DNA from: an uncultured archaeon
Lineage (GTDB): Archaea; Asgardarchaeota; Lokiarchaeia; Sigyniarchaeales; SOKP01
Direction: 5' to 3'
Length of the DNA: 13,756 nt
Assembly: GCA_964388035.1 (NCBI GenBank)
Contig: CAYLZE010000010.1
Coordinates: forward strand, 79,909 to 93,664
Shown in pieces: positions 8,999-13,756 of the stretch. How positions within the stretch are numbered: position 1 is the first letter of the stretch; every line of letters begins with the position of its first letter. The translations under genes and the position numbers were made by a program. The notes beneath the pieces were generated by a model. The model was not told where the DNA came from. It saw only the letters and a program-made list of their open reading frames with translations, and made no database searches.

Positions 8999-9118
8999 GA
9001 TTTCCCTCAGGCACCCTGGATTTTTGTTTTTTGGTTGGTGTAGAGATCCTACGCCGGTATTTTATCTTTTTCCTTTTTTAGTTTATGACCTTCTTATTAG
9101 GTTCGCCTGAGGGAAATC
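8999..9118 (+). ncRNA. Candidate ~120-nt structured RNA (unknown family)
   Basis: Perfect 14-bp terminal inverted repeat GATTTCCCTCAGGC/GCCTGAGGGAAATC. Internal hairpins 9034-9058 (4 G-U pairs on + strand) and 9087-9103, U-rich linkers, and a TATA-like TTTATATA at 8953-8960. The strand call is tentative. Confidence 0.45.
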
Positions 9119-9234
9119 GCCTTTTGCATGGCGAGATCTTGATCCTGCAATAAAATTCTAGACTCAAAATAATCCCGAGTAAAATTGAAAAAAACTTCTA
9201 AGTTATTCTCATTTTTATAACTTTACACGAAATT

Positions 9235-9253
9235 AAGAAAAAAAGAAAAAAAA
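9235..9253 (-). terminator. Oligo-U terminator downstream of the histone gene
   Basis: The minus strand has two T runs separated by a C (TTTTTTTCTTTTTTC) about 70 nt after the histone stop, resembling an archaeal U-tract terminator. Confidence 0.4.
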
Positions 9254-9321
9254 GTGTATAATTTTTTCCCGATAAGTGCTTTTAGCTGACTTTCTTAGCG
9301 GGTTTTAAGAATATGCTGATT

Positions 9322-9534
9322 TTATGCAAAATATTTAATCGCCAAAAGAATGTCTTCCCTAGTAACCTTCTTTCTCTTGCTGTGTTTTGTTAAATTAAGA
9401 GCCGTTTTTGTTATTTTTTCTGCTGAACGGGTCAGCCAATCAATTAACTCATCCACAGCATCTCTGGCAACGATAATCGCACCATTATGCTTCATGAGTC
9501 TGCGGATTGGACTCCATGAAATATATTCGGACAT
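9322..9534 (-). CDS. Archaeal histone (HMf-like single histone fold), 70 aa
   Basis: MSEYISWSPIRRLMKHNGA..VARDAV...A..L.KHSKRKKVTREDI.LA follows the histone-fold pattern. The start is placed at the ATG at 9534 because the listed GTG at 9552 overlaps a GGAGG SD-like site. Confidence 0.92.
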   Translation of the reverse strand: MSEYISWSPIRRLMKHNGAIIVARDAVDELIDWLTRSAEKITKTALNLTKHSKRKKVTREDILLAIKYFA

Positions 9535-9625
9535 TTTTAATACTTCCTCCACTAATTTTTTTATTCTTTTTTTACTAATTATTTTTTATTAAAATTGCTT
9601 ATTAAGTTAAGTATTGTGTTTCATA

Positions 9626-9643
9626 TATTTAAAGATTTTGGTT
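9626..9643 (-). promoter_or_regulatory. Putative BRE/TATA promoter of the histone gene
   Basis: The minus strand reads ACCAAAATC-TTTAAATA(TAT) about 90 nt upstream of the ATG. The AT-rich background lowers specificity. Confidence 0.35.
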
Positions 9644-10223
9644 GTATCATGAAAATTGAGAGAACAAAGTGAAAAAAATTTAACGACAAAAATCGAATCT
9701 TAGAAAAGGATCGATATGGTGCAAGTTAACACTTTTTCATCAAATTGCCCATTATTTTAAGATTTGGCATTTTTTTAACGAATCTCTTGGAAATTCTTCT
9801 CTAATTCATTATCCAAGATAAACTCTCAAAAGAAAAAGGAGATTTTGTAAAATTGTGAGATGCTGAAATCAAGATTTTTATAGCATTTCGAACTAAAGAA
9901 AAAATTTTTTTCTTTTAAAAATTATTGCTTCAAAAGATAAAATAAAAGCATGACTAGTGATTAAAATCTTCATATTTCAAAACTTGGAAGACTTCCGTTG
10001 AATATTTGTTTCCTTTTTACCCTAAAGTTCTCGGAAGAGAAAACGAAAAAATGTGGATCGACTTACTCTGAAGGTTAGCTTCAAAATTTATCTGTTTTAT
10101 TTTTGTATTTTTATAATTCTTCGCAGTTAACTTTGAAATAGATAATAAATTTATGGTATAACAAATTTATCTTGGTGAAAGATTATTATTATTAACCTCA
10201 TTTGGCTGGTAAACATACGAAAA

Positions 10224-10898
10224 ATGCTAAATAAACTAAATTCACTATTTGAAAGCGATACTATAAAGCCTTCCTACTTGCCAGCTCATATAATTTTGGC
10301 TCTTTTCATTTTTAATGATTATGAAGATGGATTGGGTAGATATCGATTAAAGAAAGAATTAGCGTTAGGTGCTGGCACGGCTAGAACTTTAATTAAAAGA
10401 TTAGCTGAAAATACTAATTTTATTAAAGTGAATAGCGGAGAAAACAAAAGAAAAGGGCATGTCTTAACGAAAGAAGGATTCACTTTTTTAAATAATATAA
10501 AAAAAAAGATTCCGATCATAGAAAATGGAGACACGTCGGTGCTGAAAGATATAATTATTAATTCAGAGGACAATCCAATCTATTTTTGTTTAGTAATCAA
10601 TGCTGCAGATAAGCTTTCTACAGGAATAGAGCAGAGAGATGCAGCTATTAAGATTGGAGGTCTCGGAGCGACTTGTTTGATATATGATGGATACATTCTC
10701 TTATTCCCTTCTCAATCCTTCCCACCTGTTCCAAGAAATGAATTAAAAGTAGACAAAAAAATTATGAATTATTTTTTGGCAAGAATGAAAAAGAATGGTA
10801 TCACGCTACACAAAAATGATGTGATTTTGGTGGGATTGGCAGCTGATCCTAAAAAAGCTCGATTAGCTACTCTTAACTCCGCTCTCACGTTAATATAA
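10224..10898 (+). CDS. DUF4443/DUF2111-like archaeal winged-helix protein
   Basis: N-terminal wHTH GLGRYRLKKELALGAGTARTLIKRL...GHVLTKEG and C-terminal GIEQRDAAIKIGGLGAT signature. Confidence 0.78.
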   Translation: MLNKLNSLFESDTIKPSYLPAHIILALFIFNDYEDGLGRYRLKKELALGAGTARTLIKRLAENTNFIKVNSGENKRKGHVLTKEGFTFLNNIKKKIPIIENGDTSVLKDIIINSEDNPIYFCLVINAADKLSTGIEQRDAAIKIGGLGATCLIYDGYILLFPSQSFPPVPRNELKVDKKIMNYFLARMKKNGITLHKNDVILVGLAADPKKARLATLNSALTLI

Positions 10899-10914
10899 TA
10901 TAAAAGGTGTCATC

Positions 10915-11388
10915 ATGAAATTTGAAAGAGATATTAAATTCTTTTTAACTCAAGAAATCTTTGAGCAATTGAAAGCATGTGTAAACAATGCTCGACCAAA
11001 TGAAGCCTGTGGTTTCATTTTTGGTAAGGTCGAGGAAATAAATAAGGATGGTGACTTTGAATATCATTATATCGCACAAAAATTTTATTGCATTGAATCT
11101 ACGGAAAAATCCCCGGTAGCATTTTTGATTTCAAATACGGAAAAACTCAATGAAGTTTTCCTGGAAGCGTCTAAAGAGCATGCTCTTCAATTGGTTAGCA
11201 TCTTTCATTCTCATCCTGGAGGGGCACATCCAAGTGGAGTGGATGCCAATAACATGCAGTTCTTGAACGAACAACCCATTAAAGCCTTCAAATCCCAGAT
11301 CTGGACGATCATGGATGCATCAAACTATAATCTAAATGGCTTCATTTTTTTAAATGATAAGTTACTCCAAATAGACGTCTCTTTATAA
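10915..11388 (+). CDS. MPN+/JAMM (Mov34) zinc metallo-isopeptidase
   Basis: Catalytic Glu in PNEACG and the JAMM motif FHSHPGGAHPSGVD. Starts 16 nt after the DUF4443 stop, with AGGTG upstream. Confidence 0.9.
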   Translation: MKFERDIKFFLTQEIFEQLKACVNNARPNEACGFIFGKVEEINKDGDFEYHYIAQKFYCIESTEKSPVAFLISNTEKLNEVFLEASKEHALQLVSIFHSHPGGAHPSGVDANNMQFLNEQPIKAFKSQIWTIMDASNYNLNGFIFLNDKLLQIDVSL

Positions 11389-11582
11389 TTTATCTTAACG
11401 TGAATCGATAAATTACTTGAAATTCTTACCAGAAATGCACATGAGGCCAAATGCATTTTTTATCAATCTACTCGTAATAACATCAAAAGAATGCATCTAA
11501 TTCGTACTAAAACTTATCTCTAAACAAGTTAAAAATGTACCTTAAGATACACGACGGAAAAATAGTAAGAGAAAAAGGATAA

Positions 11583-12230
11583 TTATTGAATTTGGATATA
11601 TCCATTCTTATCAATAGTGCAAATCTGAATGTTATACCCCGAGGCGGCGTCTCTTTCTTTTGCCGCAGAGATAGCAGTTTTTATTAATTCAATTCCACCT
11701 TCTTTACTCATGTTAGGCTTCCAATCTGCTTCCATGACACCTAATACGAAAGGAGATCCCGAACCATAGGATATATACTTCTCATCTTCATAGAACGTGC
11801 CTAATAAATCGACACCATACAATTTCCCTTGGCTTTCCTGTAGAGAGTAACCTCCTATTATCATCATGGAAAGAAAAAAGGATCTTCCGCTAAAGAGAAT
11901 GTTCCTTAATACATTTGCCATGTACTTAGGCTCCGGAACATGCCCTCTCTCTACCTCTCTCAACTTAGAAATTGCTCTTAACTGATTGATTACGTATTGA
12001 CAATCGGCAACGCCCCCTGATATCGTAGCTCCGGTAAAGTTATTAATTTCAAAGAGTTTTTGAGCGGTTTTTGTTGCTACGGTATACCCGGCGGTCGCTT
12101 GAGATTCTGTTCCTATCACCACACCATCAGCAACTTTAATCCCCACGGTGGTGGTCATGGATTCAATGACATGATTTAAGGATTTCTGATCCACTTTTAA
12201 TATTTTATCTATATTCTCCATCCTAATCAT
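11583..12230 (-). CDS. psmB: 20S proteasome subunit beta
   Basis: TTTVGI..DGVVIGTE with Thr1, Glu17 and Lys33 in register, plus SGGVADCQ, YGSGS and RDAASG motifs. The start is uncertain (12230, 12221 or 12158). Confidence 0.95.
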   Translation of the reverse strand: MIRMENIDKILKVDQKSLNHVIESMTTTVGIKVADGVVIGTESQATAGYTVATKTAQKLFEINNFTGATISGGVADCQYVINQLRAISKLREVERGHVPEPKYMANVLRNILFSGRSFFLSMMIIGGYSLQESQGKLYGVDLLGTFYEDEKYISYGSGSPFVLGVMEADWKPNMSKEGGIELIKTAISAAKERDAASGYNIQICTIDKNGYIQIQ

Positions 12231-12406
12231 TCAATTTATATTGAAAATTAATTTCGATTTAATATTATATCCTCTAATGAAAATTCCTATTTTTAGTTTT
12301 CCTTAATAAATTATACATGACGCTCACTTTTTTTGTTAATAAAATTTTAAAGATATCCTTTCTTAACTAATATATCTAACTAAAGTTTATTTTAGCGTGA
12401 AAAAAA

Positions 12407-12784
12407 GTGGCTCGCAGTCAAGGAAGAGGCCGAAGGAAATACACCGGAAAAAAATACAAGTCTTTCCGAAAAAAACGAAAGCGTGAACTGGCACGTCCTC
12501 CCATTGAAACTACCATTGGAGAGGAAAAGAAGAAAAATCAAAGGACCTGGGGAGGAAATAATAAATTGAAATTATTTTCGACCAATTTCATCAATATTAC
12601 GGACCCCCACACGAATAAAACCACTAAGGTCAAAATTACGGGATTTGAGGAAAACCGGGCCTCTAAGGATCTAAATAGACGGCACGTGATAACCAAGGGA
12701 GCTATTGTTGCTACAGAATTAGGAAAGGCGAGAGTTGTTTCAAGACCCGGTCAGGATGGACAACTCAATGGTATTTTAGTGTAA
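12407..12784 (+). CDS. rps8e: 30S ribosomal protein eS8
   Basis: Motifs GRGRRKYTG, RKKRKREL.RP, R..GGN.K, RRHVITKGAIV.TELGKARVVSRPGQDG.LNG. GTG start. Confidence 0.97.
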   Translation: MARSQGRGRRKYTGKKYKSFRKKRKRELARPPIETTIGEEKKKNQRTWGGNNKLKLFSTNFINITDPHTNKTTKVKITGFEENRASKDLNRRHVITKGAIVATELGKARVVSRPGQDGQLNGILV

Positions 12785-12900
12785 TCCGAAAAGAAAAACA
12801 GCTCAAAAGTTCATTCTCCTTTTTAATCCAATTTCTAAAACTTTTGAATAAAATAAAAATTTATTAACATGGTACATTCTCTAGTTAAAAAAAGGAGATA

Positions 12901-13587
12901 ATGATAATGTTCACTTCACTAACTTGGTTATTTGTTCTACCTTTTTCCCTTTTTAGCATCTATAAATATTATCGAGTAAGGGTAAAAGAGGATCTTAAAG
13001 GGGTAAAATTGTATCAACCTTTAACTACAATACTTTCACTAATAGCCTGTGTATTATCTTTCTTCTCGGACTATTCCGTTCCGCTTTATACACTCTGGAT
13101 TATTATCGGCATGACATTAGCTCTCATTGCTGACTTCTTGAATATAGATATGACTGACATGAAAGTGGTGATTAGAGGATTAATCATATTCTTTCTGGCG
13201 TATTTAGTCTACACGATCGCAACATTTATATTCACAGGGTTTACTCTATTGATGTTGATTCCGATCATCGTCATGGGCGTGGTTTTTCTCGTGGTCTTTC
13301 TCTTGGTAAAAAATGGGCTCCCTTCCATTGTAGAAAAAGGGGCAATGGGCGTTTATGGGCTATTAATCGCAATGATGGTTGCTTCAGCCATATCTACTTT
13401 TTTCTCCCAAAATTTCTCATTGCTTGCTTCCATTCTCCTCACGGTGGGATTTACTTTCTTACTTCTCGGTGATTATGAATTTGCCCTTTCAAGCTATTGG
13501 AAAGATCTTCACTTTCCTTATGGTCCAATCCTCTATTCCGGAGGTCAATTATTAGTTGCAATTGCCCTATTCTACGTGATGATTTAA
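12901..13587 (+). CDS. YhhN/TMEM86 lysoplasmalogenase-family membrane protein
   Basis: About eight TM helices. Motifs (K/Q)PL, ADFL, GLIIFFLAYLVY, VYG..I..M, G..FLL.GD and LYSGGQ. GGAG SD-like site at 12894-12897. Confidence 0.8.
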   Translation: MIMFTSLTWLFVLPFSLFSIYKYYRVRVKEDLKGVKLYQPLTTILSLIACVLSFFSDYSVPLYTLWIIIGMTLALIADFLNIDMTDMKVVIRGLIIFFLAYLVYTIATFIFTGFTLLMLIPIIVMGVVFLVVFLLVKNGLPSIVEKGAMGVYGLLIAMMVASAISTFFSQNFSLLASILLTVGFTFLLLGDYEFALSSYWKDLHFPYGPILYSGGQLLVAIALFYVMI

Positions 13588-13658
13588 ACTTGAGAAAATA
13601 GCTAAATACTAACCTGACAAGGAGAATTAGCGAAATAAATAATTAAATTTACAATTTT

Positions 13659-13756
13659 TTATTCTTGTATTTTTATATTCTTAACTGTCGCATTTTTCCC
13701 GCTTATTATTTCCGTATTTTTACTTTCGCAATGCCGGCATTGAAATAACTGAAGCC
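13659..13756 (-). CDS. hypA: C-terminus of hydrogenase nickel metallochaperone HypA (gene starts beyond the window)
   Basis: Manual translation of 13754..13659 gives LQLFQCRHCESKNTEIISGKNATVKNIKIQE*, matching the HypA C-terminal CxxC...EIISG....V..I pattern. Not in the ORF track. Confidence 0.75.
   Translation of the reverse strand, partial: LQLFQCRHCESKNTEIISGKNATVKNIKIQE

Noticed and set aside
8844-9110. 88-aa ORF (GTG start)
   Set aside because: F/L-rich composition comes from T tracts, there is no recognisable motif, and it overlaps the structured element. Probably spurious.
8999-9118. 5S rRNA, tRNA or MITE interpretation
   Set aside because: Length and terminal helix fit 5S, but no 5S loop motifs (e.g. 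CCGAAC) or cloverleaf are present. Flanks (ACCAA / GCCTT) show no target-site duplication and there is no transposase. A MITE is not fully excluded without a copy-number search.
9270-9321. Metazoan-type histone 3' stem-loop
   Set aside because: No 6-bp stem with a UUUN loop on the histone sense strand, only weak imperfect pairings.
9350-10573. ORFs 9350-9592 (+) and 10319-10573 (-)
   Set aside because: Antisense shadows of the histone and DUF4443 genes.
11433-11496. AATGCA repeated three times between JAMM and psmB
   Set aside because: Too short and irregularly spaced for a CRISPR or iteron array. At most a weak hairpin between convergent genes.
12785-12900. SRP RNA, which often follows rps8e in archaea
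   Set aside because: The gap is only 116 nt, AT-rich, and has no SRP helix-8 motif.

Overview
AT-rich archaeal chromosomal window, most consistent with an Asgard (Lokiarchaeia-like) genome. This is an inference from eS8, a 20S proteasome beta subunit, an atypical HMf-fold histone, a DUF4443-type protein, a Hef helicase and a PCI-like winged-helix protein. Gene order: 5'-truncated coiled-coil/PCI-like/2-TM protein; a 4Fe-4S protein apparently split by a frameshift at a G6 run; nucleoside hydrolase; HD phosphohydrolase; nuclease-less Hef/FANCM helicase; MBL hydrolase; PAP2/IPC-synthase-like membrane protein; histone; DUF4443-type wHTH protein plus JAMM isopeptidase; proteasome beta; rps8e; YhhN-like lysoplasmalogenase; 3' end of hypA. 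No CRISPR array, tRNA, rRNA or transposase was seen. The most interesting unexplained signals are (i) a 120-nt GC-enriched element closed by a perfect 14-bp helix, with internal hairpins and U-rich linkers (8999-9118), (ii) a second ~110-nt multibranch element with alternative pairings upstream of hef (6251-6366), (iii) PCI-like, JAMM and proteasome-beta genes in one window, with the PCI-like protein membrane-anchored, and (iv) a proteasome beta subunit with Met instead of Gly before the catalytic Thr1.
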